DNA from: Octopus vulgaris
Lineage: Eukaryota
Direction of reading: 5' to 3'
NCBI GenBank assembly: GCA_951406725.2
Contig: OX597821.1
Span: 16,492,001 to 16,556,000, forward strand
DNA length: 64,000 bases
Each line of letters begins with the position of its first letter. The first letter of the stretch is position 1. The position numbers and the translations under genes were made by a program. Positions 12,255 to 25,432 of the stretch are shown here, in pieces. The notes under the pieces are model-generated. The model had not been told where the DNA came from. It did not search any database and saw only the letters and a program-made list of their open reading frames with translations.

Positions 12255-12450
12255 TTCAAATGTCTGTGTGTTTGTCATGTCGTTAAAACTCGAGATCCAC
12301 CAAACCAATCTTAATGAAATTTTACACCTGCATTACATAGGATCCATGGAGCGGCATGGGCCAGACAGATTTTCAACTTTTTGCCTAAAGCGGGTCCAGG
12401 AGCAGATAAACTGCATTTTAAAATCATTTTCGCAGCGTTAAGGACCGTAA
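12255..12450 (+). mobile_element. Helitron-like 5' fragment
   Basis: Homologous to the minus-strand element at 22350-22579 (AAAACTCGAGA...CCAATCTTAATGAAATTTTACAC...CATGGGC...TTCAACTTTTTGCCTA). Confidence 0.5.
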
Positions 12451-12648
12451 CTTGAGTATCCAGTTGCTTTTCTCGAAATTTGCAATAAACATCAATAAGA
12501 ATCCTCGAATTGCTGTTGACTAAAAATATAATTTCCGACGCCGACTATGAGGCTCCCATTAAATGCCGATTAATCAGATTTGAGTATACTGAAGTAGCAT
12601 GAAACGATTGTACTACACTACCTTTGGATATCCTTGTTGCTTATTTTG

Positions 12649-12695
<47 letters not shown>

Positions 12696-12705
12696 TATGA
12701 ACTTT

Positions 12706-12746
<41 letters not shown>

Positions 12747-13092
12747 TATGAACTTTTTTCAGTTACAATCATTTAGTCGACCAATATTGACAGAGAATCT
12801 TCACAGAAACTGAGGCAGTTATTAATATCTTTATTACCTAGTGGATATGTATCGGTTTTAATTGTTTACTCGTTGTTACTTGAAATGGCAGCTGAATTGA
12901 TAGTCAAATTCCACTTTATCATATTGTAATACAGATGTATGCACTAGCTAATATCATCCTATGTATATTGTGATGAAACGTGAGGATATACGATAATCAT
13001 GGGTGTATCAATTTTATTTTTGTATGTCAGCTTCATCAGCACAAATGAAAAGCTATAGGACATCACCATGAAATATGTAAAAATAACCAGAA

Positions 13093-13351
13093 CATCAACA
13101 GCAACTACTAACAGTACTACTACTACTACTACTACTACTACTACCACTGCCGCTGATACTACTACCCTTACTACTACTACTACCACCACTACTACTGCTG
13201 CTACTACTACTAATACCACTACCACCACTACCACTACTAATGCTGCTACTACCACTACCACTACTACTACCACTACCACCACCCCCACTGTTGCTGCTGC
13301 TTCTGCTGTTGCAGCAGTAATAATATTACTACCACTACTACTATTATACTA
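13093..13351. repeat. (ACT)/(ACC)/(GCT) compound trinucleotide repeat
   Basis: Directly visible; source of the poly-T and poly-V ORFs. Confidence 0.95.
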
Positions 13352-13786
13352 ACATAACGCTACCTCTAACAACTGCAGTGAATTTTCTTTTAGAAGTTGA
13401 AATATGCCCCAACACATTTTAACTAACTTAAAATTCGTTTATGCCTAAATACTGTTTGGTGCTGCTACTTCAGAATTCCTTTCAATCTGGAGGTCTAGTG
13501 GCGCAATTAATTCAATGTGATGGTGTTCCAGTTAAAACCACGGTTTTAAACCTGCCAAAAGTTATATTTATATTTTGCGGGGTATTTCTCATTGGCAATA
13601 CCTAAAGCGCTAGAAACGTAACGCCTGGAAATCCAAGAGTGGGTGACACTGGGTAGATATGGTGGTTCTCCAACTTTTATTTTAAGAGAGATTTTTTTTT
13701 CTCCAAGATAACTGTTGCAAAATTGTCTAAGTGAATTTTCAGGTTGAAATATGTCACAAACATATTTTAACAAACCTAAAGTTCGC

Positions 13787-13816
<30 letters not shown>

Positions 13817-13823
<7 letters not shown>

Positions 13824-14165
13824 TAAAAGGAATTCCAACCTTGTCTGATTTTCATGTTTTATTTACAATCTTATAATGATATAAGATAATATAATATAAT
13901 AAAATAAAATAAAACAATAGAATGTTAAATGTTCATTCTGATTGAACTAGTACTTTCATGCATTAAATTCTGAAATTTTCAGGTTCATGTAGTAGTGGTG
14001 ACAGTCATGCTTCACAATGTTTGACTGTAAAAAATTGTGAATGAACATTTAACATTCTATTAATTTATTTTATTCTATTATATTATATTATCTTATATTA
14101 TATCATTATAAGATTGTACATAAAACGTGAAAATCAGACAAGGTTGGAATTCCTTTTATTAATAT
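13817..14165. mobile_element. Foldback element with ~120-bp inverted arms and a 100-bp spacer carrying a hammerhead-like motif
   Basis: Arms 13817-13938 and 14039-14165 (ATATTAATAAAAGGAATTCCAACCTTGTCTGATTTTCA... vs ...TGAAAATCAGACAAGGTTGGAATTCCTTTTATTAATAT); abuts (TA)n. Confidence 0.85.
13943..13987 (-). ncRNA. Degenerate minimal hammerhead-ribozyme motif
   Basis: Minus strand: TGAAC-CTGAAAA-tttcagaatttaatgcat-GAAA-GTAC-TA-GTTCA; perfect 5-bp stem I, palindromic AGTACT, core G8>A, weak stem II. Confidence 0.45.
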
Positions 14166-14746
14166 ATTATTTTATACACAATCACACACACCCGTATATA
14201 TATATATAGGTTAGTTCATATACCCACAAACTCCACTTTTTCACCCCCTGAAATTCTATGCAGATTCAGTTGTCCTACCTTCTGTCCCTTAGGCACTAAA
14301 TGCCTCACGAAAAGTAACGCATGTAAGTGTACAGTCTCCAAGAAAATTTATTTCCAATTACGTACATATAGTGGCTTCTGCAGCACCACCTTCAGGGTCA
14401 AAAATTGGTATCCTCTATTCTAGCCTTAAATCTCAAGTGAGATCTAACAGTACCTCTTTATTTAGGCTCATTCACCACCTAAACAGTAACTTAGTTGCAT
14501 ACAGTTTCAAATGCTTCATTGTTACCTTCGCTAAACTATATAACAGTCATAGTAAGAAATGCGATATGTGCCTCTTTTTTTATGCAATACATCTACTGAC
14601 TCAATGAACGAAGCGAGGTTATGTAATATCTTCTTAAGGTACAGATGATAGTGCTTACCCCGATAATTCCTTAGCAAACCTTCCTATATCACCTAAAGCT
14701 TAAATTTCTTCTATATATTTAAAACACTCTCTCTCTCTCTCTCTCT

Positions 14747-14941
14747 CTCTTTTACTCTTTTACTTGTTTCAGTCATTTGACTGCGGCCATGCTGGAGCAC
14801 CGCCTTTAGTCGAGCAAATCGACCCCGGGACTTATTCTTTGTAAGCCCAGTACATATTCTATCGGTCTCTTTTGCCGAACCGCGAAGTTACGGGGACGTA
14901 AACACACCAGCATCGGTTGTCAAGCAATGCTAGGGGGACAA

Positions 14942-15004
<63 letters not shown>

Positions 15005-15169
15005 TACGACAGGTTTCTTTCAGTTTCCGTCTACCAAATCCACTCACAAGGCATTAGTCGGTCCGGGGCTATAACAGAAGACACTTGCCCAAGATGCCAC
15101 GCAGTGGGACTGAACCCGGAACCATGTGGTTGGTAAACGAGCTACTTACCACACAGCCACTCCTGCGCC
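14747..15169 (-). mobile_element. SINE family A, full length
   Basis: Reverse complement of the family A sequence, including head, internal (TA)/(TG) tract and tail. Confidence 0.93.
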
Positions 15170-15804
15170 TAAAACATATAATGTTTTGAGATATCTTTTA
15201 TATATCCCCTTAAATTTGTGATCGCTTTGTATCTTCGTTTTTGTACAAAGGAATTTGCAACACAATCGTCTGTTTCCACAGAAGTATCATTTCCGTTTCA
15301 CATTTTAGATGATCTGAAATAAATTCGAATCATTATAGATAATTGCAAAGAAATTTACAACACGCGCATGCAGCATAGTGTTTTAGAAATGCGTAACACG
15401 TTTATTATATTCTGAGTTGTTTTTAGATTACTACAAAATTCGTAGCTTCCTATGCTACATGTATCATTATTAGTCGAATGTACACCAAGCTCTTTACCTT
15501 GGCAAACATTTTACCTGTCTCCTTAAGATTTGTGTTCTGATTTATTTAGAATGATACTGATATGTAATTTGGTATCATGTTCGTTCTTTAAACATTTATG
15601 ATATACTTTCTTGAATTGTAATTAATTTTATCCCCATATCATATCCGCAGTACCGGAGCTATGATTTTCAATGAGTAAAAGCAATAGCTCGACCTGATGA
15701 TCTGGCTTCACGATCATTGGTGCATATATAGAATACATGAAGATGTATAAAACTAAAACTAAATTTCGTTTAAAATCAATTACTAAGCTCTCTATCTCTA
15801 TTTA

Positions 15805-15854
<50 letters not shown>

Positions 15855-15860
<6 letters not shown>

Positions 15861-16260
15861 TTGTGCGAGACTATGTTACCATTGGTTACTAAGCTACAGA
15901 GAATTGAAGAAAATGGCTTTTAGCCTTTTCTGATTTTGAACATCGAAAACATCTTTGAATTTCTACTTGAAAATGTTTTTAAAAATTGCTGAAACTTTCT
16001 TGTGTAATAATTTTACAATATCAATTGCATTGTAACACTCTGTGTGATTACTATATATATATATATGTATACATAAAGGGGGTGCAGAAAAATTCCTGGT
16101 TTTAAGGGGATAACGAAATACCAAGGTGGAGGTCCAGCCTTACGATTTCTTTTACAGGGCTTAGAAAAAATTGAGGAACCGCTACAAAAAGTGTGTGTAT
16201 CGCAGAAGGGAATGATGTGTTGAATAAAGTCATAATCAAGTGATCCTCCCGTATTTTCTT

Positions 16261-16311
<51 letters not shown>

Positions 16312-16367
16312 CATATACACACACATATACATATACACACACATATACATATATATATACATATACA

Positions 16368-16402
<35 letters not shown>

Positions 16403-16473
16403 GTATGTATATATATATGTATATATATATGTATATATGTGTGTATATGTATATGTGTGTGTATATGTATATA

Positions 16474-16513
<40 letters not shown>

Positions 16514-16922
16514 AAAGAAAATACGGGAGGATCACTTGATTATGACTTTATTCAACACATCATTCCCTCTGCGATACACACACTTTTTGTAGCGGTTCCT
16601 CAATTTTTCTAAGCCCTGTAAAAGAAATCGTAAGGCTGGACCTCCACCTTGGTATTTCGTTATCCCCTTAAAACCAGGAATTTTTCTGCACCCCCTTTAT
16701 GTATACATATATATATATATATATATTAATCACACAGAGTGTTACAATGCAATTGATATTGTAAAATTATTACACAAGAAAGTTTCAGCAATTTTTAAAA
16801 ACATTTTCAAGTAGAAATTCAAAGATGTTTTCGATGTTCAAAATCAGAAAAGGCTAAAAGCCATTTTTTTCAATTCTCTGTAGCTTAGTAACCAATGGTA
16901 AAATAGTCTCGCACAAATGTAT
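15855..16922. repeat. ~1.07-kb near-perfect spacerless palindrome
   Basis: 15855-16262 is the reverse complement of 16513-16922 (3 substitutions, one 1-nt indel and a TA-length difference seen); the intervening microsatellite is also mirrored about (AT)n near 16385. Confidence 0.97.
16074..16262 (+). mobile_element. Mariner-derived fragment, mirrored at ~16513-16700
   Basis: TAAAGGGGGTGCAGAAAAATTCCTGGTTTT resembles a mariner-type terminus next to (TA)n; AAGTGTGTG...GAAGGGAATGATGTGTTGAATAA resembles a mariner transposase C-terminus (KC....G.YVE*). Confidence 0.5.
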
Positions 16923-17804
16923 TTGCGGTAATTCAGCTAATGCGACCTGGTTTCTGAGTCGCCCCTCTCACACAACTTGCTTCCATACAGGAATACGGAA
17001 ACATTAACAATTGTGCTATTTCCAGGCATTTAATGTCATTTGAAACGATATTCTAGTAGAATTAATTCTGCTGTGGACAATTAGTTCAAATATAATCCAT
17101 ATAAATGCTAATATGGCCGCAGTTAAAAGCACTGTTTTGAAATAGTATTATACATTGGTGAAAAATTAGCTATATATTGATGAAAACTAACAAAGCTATT
17201 TCCCAGCGGGAAAGAACGATAATATTTTCTATACGCACTCACACACATATGTATGAATAGGGGCATACATATATGTGTGTGCGTGTGTTTGTTTATGTTT
17301 TAGTGTGTGTATGTATTATTTAACTATGTATGCATAAGTGGTGAGGTGTTTCAAGTCTCCGAGAAAAAATAATATGTAAACAATACTATTCTCTTAACCG
17401 ACCCAACTATGTTAATATTTGACAACGTTGATAAGTAAACCATGCTTGATTCAAGATATACAAGTGCAAGCGTGTGCAGTTATTTCAGATATGCATAATG
17501 TTACACGATTACATGTTCCCAAAGTTTTAGATAGGAGGGACATTTAATTTCCCTTGTCACATTATGGCTAGAGTTAATTTAATATGCTTTATGTTAGACG
17601 TGTTCATGAGGTACTAAAGTTGAATAGATTGATTACAACTCAGTAGTAAAATATTGCCAGGGCAATTGCCTGCAAGTATATGTGTACTAATAACTTATAA
17701 AGACACAGAAGATTACCTTGGAGGTGAATTAGGTATGATTGTATTATAAAAGTAAAGTGAATATGGTAATAAAGGTGAGAGGACTTTTGTGCTACGTGTG
17801 AGGA

Positions 17805-18516
17805 ATGCTGAAGAAAGAAAGAAAGAAAGAAGAGAAAAGTGTAAAATAAAGCAGAAGGAAAGAAGATGAAGAAAGAAAATGGAGGAAGAAGGAAGGAGAT
17901 GAAGTTAGAAGAGAAGAGATGAAGAAAAATGGAAAACGAAGAAGAAGGAAGAGGAGGAGGGGAAGAGAGAGAATATGAAAGGTATGAAGTAAAATAGAAA
18001 TCGAAAATAAAACAAAGAACACAAGAAAAGGAAACAATGAAGGAAAGTAATTTTAGAAGAAAAATGAAACCAAGAAAGTAGGGGGAGGAGGATGAATGGA
18101 GGAGAACGAAGAGGAGGAGAAGTATGAAGGAAAGAAGGAGAAGGAGAGGATGGTAGAGGAGGGACGAGGGAGGAAAAGGAGAGGAGGACGAAGAGAGTAG
18201 CAGGAGGGGAGGTGTAGGATGAGTAGAAGGACGTGGACGAAGAGGACATGGAGGAGGACGAGGGTGAGAAATACGAAAGAAAAGAATACAACAGAGAGGA
18301 AGAAAGAAGAAGAAGAGAGAAGAAAACAGACGATGACGATAAAGTAATAAAGAAGAAGAAGAAGAAAAAGAAAAAGAAGAAGAAGAAGAAAAAGAAAAAG
18401 AAGAAGAAAAAGAAAAAGAAAAAGAAAAAGAAAAAGAAGAAGAAGAAGAAAAAGAAAAAAGAAGAAGAAGAAGAAAAAGAAAAAGAAGAAGAAGAAGAAG
18501 AAGAAGAAGAAGAAGA
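17805..18516. repeat. ~700-bp purine-rich low-complexity tract ending in (GAA)/(GAAAAA)n
   Basis: Directly visible strong purine bias on the + strand. Confidence 0.93.
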
Positions 18517-18841
18517 TTCGATCATATATTAACTATCAAAATCAACGAATCGCAAATGGGAAATTACATCATTATTATCTCATTGAATTAGCAGAATGAA
18601 AACAAATTTCTTGAGATGCTTTTAAGAAAATATCGATTCCTAAACAATATAATCTATTTTCATGACTTAAGCAAAATATTAGTCTTGCGTAATGACAAAG
18701 TAATTGTTTGCTCTGTAGGGAATTGCAACGTCAAAATACCGGAAAAAAAGAAGAAGTAAAACACAATTGAAATAACTTTGTAAGAGAAGTAAAGCAAATA
18801 GAAAAGAGTTCAAATTACAAATGAGAATAATTTGTGCTGAC

Positions 18842-19200
18842 ATTCTTTTAGCTTTATACTTTTTTGAGAGCGGCCATGTCGGGGTGCCAACTTTCAGTCG
18901 AATAAATCGATCCTAATATTTATTCTATTGGTTTCTTTTCCCGAACAGCTAAGTTACGGTATGTAAACACACCAGCATCGGCTGTCAAACGATATTGTGG
19001 TACAAACACAGACACAAAAAGATACACACACACGCACACATATACGTGGGGCTTGTTTCAGTTTCCGTCTGCCAAATCTACTCACAAGGCTTTGGTCGGC
19101 CTGAGTCTATTGTAGAAGACACTTACCGAAGTTGCCACGCAGTGGGACTGTACGCGGAATCATATTGTTGGTAAGCAAGCTACTTACCACACAGCCAATC
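18842..19200 (-). mobile_element. SINE family A, older diverged copy
   Basis: Colinear with family A (GCGGCCATG, ACACCAGCATCGG, CAGTTTCCGTCT, GCCACGCAGTGGGACTG, CTACTTACCACACAGCCA). Confidence 0.85.
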
Positions 19201-19367
19201 CTAATAGATACATGGATAGATAGATATATAGATAGATACATAGATATATATATAGGTAGATGGATAGATAAAGAGACAACCACAAATAGATATGTATGCA
19301 TATGCACATATATCTGTGTGTGTGCGCGTATGTGCGCGTGTGTGTGTGTTGTGTGTGTGTGTGTGTG

Positions 19368-19458
19368 TGACATCTTCCCAAGATGCCAGGTAGTGGCACT
19401 GTATCCAAAAACATGTGGTTGGGAAGCAAGATTCTAACACTCAGCCACACCTGCACCT
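19368..19458 (-). mobile_element. SINE family A head fragment
   Basis: CCCAAGATGCCA...CATGTGGTTGGGAAGCAAG...CAGCCACACCTGCACC. Confidence 0.75.
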
Positions 19459-19842
19459 ACATATACAAATCAATGACAAATCAATTTCATTGATTTGTGA
19501 ATATACAATTGTATTGTACAGAGTGTAGAGTGCATATAAGTGCAGACATGTAAACATAATTTATTATACACTGAAAACATAATTGCATGAAGAAAGCCGC
19601 GAAACAGAATGACAAATGGTTAAATATATACATTCATCTTTCATGTCACCTAACTTTTTATGGTTTACATACACCTCATGAAAATTTTATTGATCAGATC
19701 TCTTGGATTTCACTTGCAAAGACTCCGTTATATTCCTCTATCGGAGAGTATTACGTGGCCTATTAGATGAGTGCGCTAGAGGAGCTTTCTATGATACCCA
19801 CACGATTTTATGAACCTATTTATTACGCTAAAATTATATATA

Positions 19843-20336
19843 CACAGACATGCAGGAAGTAAATAGACATTTGATTTTCAAAATTTCTGATCAGCGTTGT
19901 AGAATTTACACGATAATTATTATTTTTCATTCCAGATGCCATTGTGTTAAACATCTGCGAAGAGTAACCATGACACGCACAAAAAGTTCAGCAGAACTGT
20001 TAGATTTTCAAAGAGGTCGTATTGTTAGACAAGCTGAGGCTGATCTTAGCGAGCGAAAAATCTTCAAATTCGTCCTGCTACTGTTAATAGAATTATAGTG
20101 CAATTCAAAAGCGAAGGAAAAGAAGCTTCACTGTTTGAAGAGAATTTTGGAAAACGATACCCGTTCGAAGGTTTCTAACATTGCAAAACAGCTAGAAGTT
20201 AGTCCAAGAACGTGTTTTACCTATGTGCTTGGGTATTATGGATGAGCAGCTAGAAGAAAACCTCTCCTTGAAGCAATTAATATCAAATAAAAGATTTTGA
20301 AAATTAAAGTGTCTATTTACTTCCTGCATGTCTGTG
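19843..20336 (+). mobile_element. Internally deleted Tc1/mariner DNA transposon
   Basis: Perfect 27-bp terminal inverted repeats CACAGACATGCAGGAAGTAAATAGACA (19843-19869 / 20310-20336), TA on both sides, internal Tc1 N-terminal HTH-like peptide MTRTKSSAELLDFQRGRIVRQAEADLSERKI; catalytic DDE region absent. Confidence 0.92.
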
Positions 20337-22349
20337 TAAATATATACATATAAAACTTTGAATTTTCCGATCTTAGAGTTTGCATTTAACTCAATGCAAT
20401 CATAATCCTTATAAAATATAACCTTAATGATTTTATACTCTCCATAAAAATGCGATAAAAATATTCAGTATTATGAAAAGCCTCAAAAGAAATTTCAGAA
20501 TTGCAGTGATATATTCCTAAAGATCTATCCACATATAACATTATTGAGAGAAGCGAAGTCATAATCCTTCGTTGAACAAATAACAAGAACTATTGTTTTG
20601 GTAATTTTATATTCGCAAAATCAACAATGAAAGTGGATGAGAGAAACGATTTCTTTTATCAAATAACGAATGTAAATCAAAGCTTGAGTTTCAACCCATT
20701 TTCTCTTTTACATCCTCCAATTTCTCAGCTATACGTTCAGCTTTATTTCTTACTATATTGTCTTCTGTTGTTCTAACCATGGTCTTTTCAATTCAGTTTT
20801 TAGTTCCTGAATTATTTGCTTTTATGGTTTATTTTCTGATTAGATGTTCTTTAGTTAATTATCAACTGATTGGTAAACGTTTCTTTTGCTTTTAAATATT
20901 CATGTGTCCATTCATCACACTACATTCAAGAATTGATCAACGAAAAAGTAAGTAAGAAACGTTGTGAAATAAAAAGTAAATAAAAATCAAGGAATAACGA
21001 ATGTTATTTTTGCAAATCACTTTTTGTATTCAATCTTAATATGTATCGAAAATACAATACATTTTCTGATTATGGTGCTAACGAATATTCACAATATATA
21101 TATACATATCGTCAACAGATGAGATCCATAGATTCTCTGTATAAATAACGCTTTGTAGCGTTCAACTGACTAGAATTTAGATTACAATGTCTTTACATGG
21201 TACCAGGGGTGTCTACGAGAGGTATCCCTGCATCTATTAATATATAAGTATCTATATGTTTATACTTAAATATTCATGGTCTCTAAATCTTCAGTTTTTG
21301 GGTTCCAACAGTTTGCATGTATTACATATATATATGAAACTCAAGCTCCTATATTTAATTTGCTTATCCGCATAATTTCCCTTTCTCTCTCCCTCCTCAT
21401 ATATACACACACACACATATATATATATACATACATTGACCATACTTACAATAAACAAACCCATATTTTTGTATTATCATAAGTGTAGGCTATATTATAT
21501 GTAAATATTTAAATCTGCGCGCATGCAAATATACATGTATGCACATGTAGTTCAACCAATTAATATGAAGCATATCATATATTTAAAATTGACACTCTCC
21601 TCGTCAAGATGATTTTACACACAACACATAGTACACGGAAACAAATGCACAATTACATACCTTCTACATGTGAAAGACCAGACATTACGTACTCCCAACA
21701 ATTCTCATAGATACTGAATGCTACTTTATAAGCATATAATTCAATCTAGCAGCTATGCGCACAGCTCTATCTGGACTAATTCCTTTCTGCACTCAATTAA
21801 ATTTTTCATTTTTTAATTTCTCTCATTCATGCAAAGCTACATATTCGATTTCAAGTCCTTGATACATTTTATACTAATTGCTATTTTCTCTTTTAATTGT
21901 TATATTACGATTTAATTACCATTTTAATAAAATATATTTAATTACTACTTACTATATTTACTATATTTAATTCAATTGTTATTGTTACCTCTAACTTTTA
22001 TTGCAATTTTTATTTCTAAATTTCTTATGGAACGTCGAGCGGATCTTATGCGTACAATATATTTTTATATGTTGTTTATATATTTATATATTACTATATA
22101 TTTCTAAACGTCGGGCTTTGTGTCTGTTCTGTAGATGTAAATGAATATATGAATGTGTTTGATCTTTCTGTGGATTTTGTAGTGCTCTTGTAGTTGCTGC
22201 TCGCATCCCCCCCCTCGAATTAAAAAGTGTATACAGCTCATTGGAGCACTACTATTCCAGTCTGTTATATATTTTGAGCGTTGTTGTCACTAACGATCTC
22301 AAGATATAACTTTATATTTTGTAATATATATATACATGCATATATATAC

Positions 22350-22579
22350 AATAGAGGGGTGTTTTTGTTTCACTTTTAACACGTAATACTGAAATAGTGG
22401 AGAAGATATGATATTGCTGTGGGCTCGCTCTAGGCAAGAAGTTGAACATTGTTTTTTGCCCATGAAACTACATGGACTCTAAGTAAGGCATGTGTAAAAT
22501 CTGAATGAAATTGGTTGTGTAGTTCTCAAGTTTTAGGGAAACACACAGACACACATTCGCAGTTTTATATAGAGAGAGA
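22350..22579 (-). mobile_element. Helitron-like 5' end fragment
   Basis: Minus strand starts A|TCTCTCTCTATATAAAACTGCGAATGTGTGTCTGTGTG, the same 5' architecture as 48313; no 3' CTAG end seen. Confidence 0.6.
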
Positions 22580-22580
22580 T

Positions 22581-22752
22581 GTGTGTGTGTGTGTGTATGT
22601 GGTATGTATACGACAGGCTTCTTTCCGATTCCGTCTACTAAATCCATTTACAAGGTATTAATCGGTTTAAGGCTAGAGTAAAAAAATACTTGCCCAAGGT
22701 ACACGCAGTAGGACCGAACCCGGAAACATGTGGTTGAGAAGCAAGCTTTTTA
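22581..22752 (-). mobile_element. SINE family A 5' half, degraded
   Basis: ACGACAGGCTTCTTTC...CTTGCCCAAGG...CGAACCCGGAAACATGTGGTTG. Confidence 0.75.
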
Positions 22753-24229
22753 CTATTCTTACTATTCAGCAATAAGATTTTCTAACAGACACAGTAATTT
22801 TGGTGCGTGAGTTTCACCAACTTAATCTTCTGCAACACAATTTTATTGATTACGGAAACGCAAACTTGATCTCGGTGAGATTCGAACTCGGAAAAATAAA
22901 CGTGTGATACACGTACCGCAAAGCATAGAGTACTTTAATATTCGTCATATTCATGTTTCACACTGCATGTGTAAAGTATCCATATACAAATATTCACTTT
23001 TTATAAGTTCAAATAGTCTAAGGAAATATTAGAGAATTTGAAGGAGATTGTCTATATGTATAAACAACTGTTTGTTTATGTCTTTCTGGCGTAAAAGTTT
23101 AAAAAATAAGAGTAGGACATCCAGGTTTAAATCACTGCCGCAATAGCTGAGAGAAAAATATGAGAAAGTGGAAGAATATAGAATTACATTTTCGTATACA
23201 TTCTGACGAACAAAATAAACGCATAATCAAATAGAAATGGATTTAATGTGATTATATAGAAAGTATGAAGTGAATCTTTAAATGTATTAAATGAATTATT
23301 AAACATATTAAATGAATATTTGAAATCTAAACACTTTAACATAGTAGAATAAACAAACGCAACGTATATACACTTGGTAACGGAATATATACACAATAAC
23401 GAATACATATATATTTACAACAAGCCGTTTGTATAGGGAAAACACACAGTCTGAAAATAATAGATTTTAATATTGATTTATGTTATGGGCAATAGTAATA
23501 AGAAATTCCAATATTGGCACAAGGCCATATATTTTAATAGGGAGTAAGGTATAGTTCTATCTATTCTTTCCAAGATATATCAATGTCCTTATTTTATCGC
23601 TATTCGAACAATAAAGGTAAAGTGGCCGCTGGGGAAATTTAACTTGGAACCTAAGCACGATACACTGAACGTTAAAATGTATCTTACGAAACATTCTCTT
23701 AACTCTGAGGTTTAGTACCATATTTCAGAGTGATAAGAGAAAACATAAAACTGAAGACTAGAATTTATTTCAGTTGTACAGGAAGGGGCAATTATGATAA
23801 GATGGATAAATGCAAGGTTAGTAATACATGCCTCATTTAGTATTTGTGTCTAATACAGACGCATGGATTTGATATACGGTCAGGGTTTAATCGTTAATAT
23901 CATTCCCTCTTTTAAACGGTATGTTAGTATCCCGAAAGCGTGTATATGTTGAACTCCTCGTTATTTGATTTCAAATTCGATGGTACCGAAACAAATGTCG
24001 CAAGTTATTTTGTCTGATGTTTTACTGTTTTAATTAAATCGTTGTCATCGTTATAAGAAACTCAGCAACACAGTTACACGAGAGAGTAGTAGCGAAAGCG
24101 GAATCAAAGTTTGGATTTTGTTCTTGTTGTAGCCGCTTTTTATTATTGTTGTTTTAGCCCCGGTCCAGATTCGATACTGACTCGGCCTTCAGATGATAAA
24201 ATATGAACTTACCGAAAATATATCCAGTG

Positions 24230-24446
24230 TTACTCTTTACTCTTTTACTTGTTTCTGTCATTTGACTGCGGCCATGCTGGAGCACCGCCTTAAGTCGCGC
24301 AAATCGACCCCGGGACTTATTCTTTGTGTAAGCCCAGTACTTATTCTATCGGTCTTTTTTGCCGAACCGCTAAGTGACGGGGACGTAAACACACCAGCAG
24401 CGGTTGTCAAGCAATGCTAGGGGAACAAACACAGACACACACACAC

Positions 24447-24491
<45 letters not shown>

Positions 24492-24670
24492 CATACATAC
24501 ATACATACGACAGGCTTCTTTCAATTTCCGTCTACCAAATCCACTCACAAGGCATTGGTCGGCCCGGGGCTATAGCAGAAGACACTTGGCCAAGATGCCA
24601 TGCAGTGGGACTGAACCCGGAACGATGTGGTTGGTTAGCAAGCTACTTACCACACAGCCACGCCTGCGCC
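24230..24670 (-). mobile_element. SINE family A, full length
   Basis: Colinear reverse-complement match to family A. Confidence 0.93.
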
Positions 24671-25396
24671 TGTTGTATATTTAGAATTATCTTAACAAAA
24701 GTGTTTCTCCCGTTTCAAGAGGTAATCATTAAATTTTGAGACAAGATGGCAATAGTGATATCATCGGGGATGGCCACGAACAGGTTGCAAATTTGGAGCA
24801 CAAAATGAAGTCGTATACATGTTGAGTTCAAATTTATGCAATGAAATTTTCCCATCAGGCCTTCCTAGAGTAAATAACGCATAACTCAAGAAGTATAATT
24901 AAACAGTTGAAGGAACTATACTACTTTCCGAAAATTTGAACGTATCAATTTAGGATTAAAGGTCATCATAATAATTACTTGCAAAATCCCAATCCTTCAT
25001 TATGATGAACACTCGTTTTATTCCATATTAGGAACTACGTTATGCATTAAAATAATCATTTAAGAAGTAAGCATGTGAATTATTCAAGTTTTAAGTGACG
25101 TTTTCGGCTGGCACACTGTTTCTGTGTCAGAGGCATTTTTAGCAAAATATTGCATCACTCTTATATTTTTTTTCTTTTTACAAGTTCAATTTCATACATT
25201 CACGATTGAGCTAACAGAATAGTCAGTCTATCATTCCCCAAATGGATTGTTATTGGAGGCAATGTGAGTTTTGACTTATCAGATTTAAAAAGGGGAGTCA
25301 AGGGGGAGTATTTTTCACACATACGCACAATATATACAAAGATACATGTATGAATACATGCATACAAACACGCGCACACAGACACACACGTATCTG

Positions 25397-25431
<35 letters not shown>

Positions 25432-25432
25432 G

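Noticed and set aside
13068-13352. Mucin-like Thr-rich protein
   Set aside because: Pure (ACT/ACC)n microsatellite with no splice or domain context.
14220-14720. Possible decayed coding sequence on the minus strand
   Set aside because: Composition looks ex-coding, but I could not recognise any motif; left unannotated.
18233-18532. Acidic/poly-Lys protein
   Set aside because: Translation of the purine-rich low-complexity tract.
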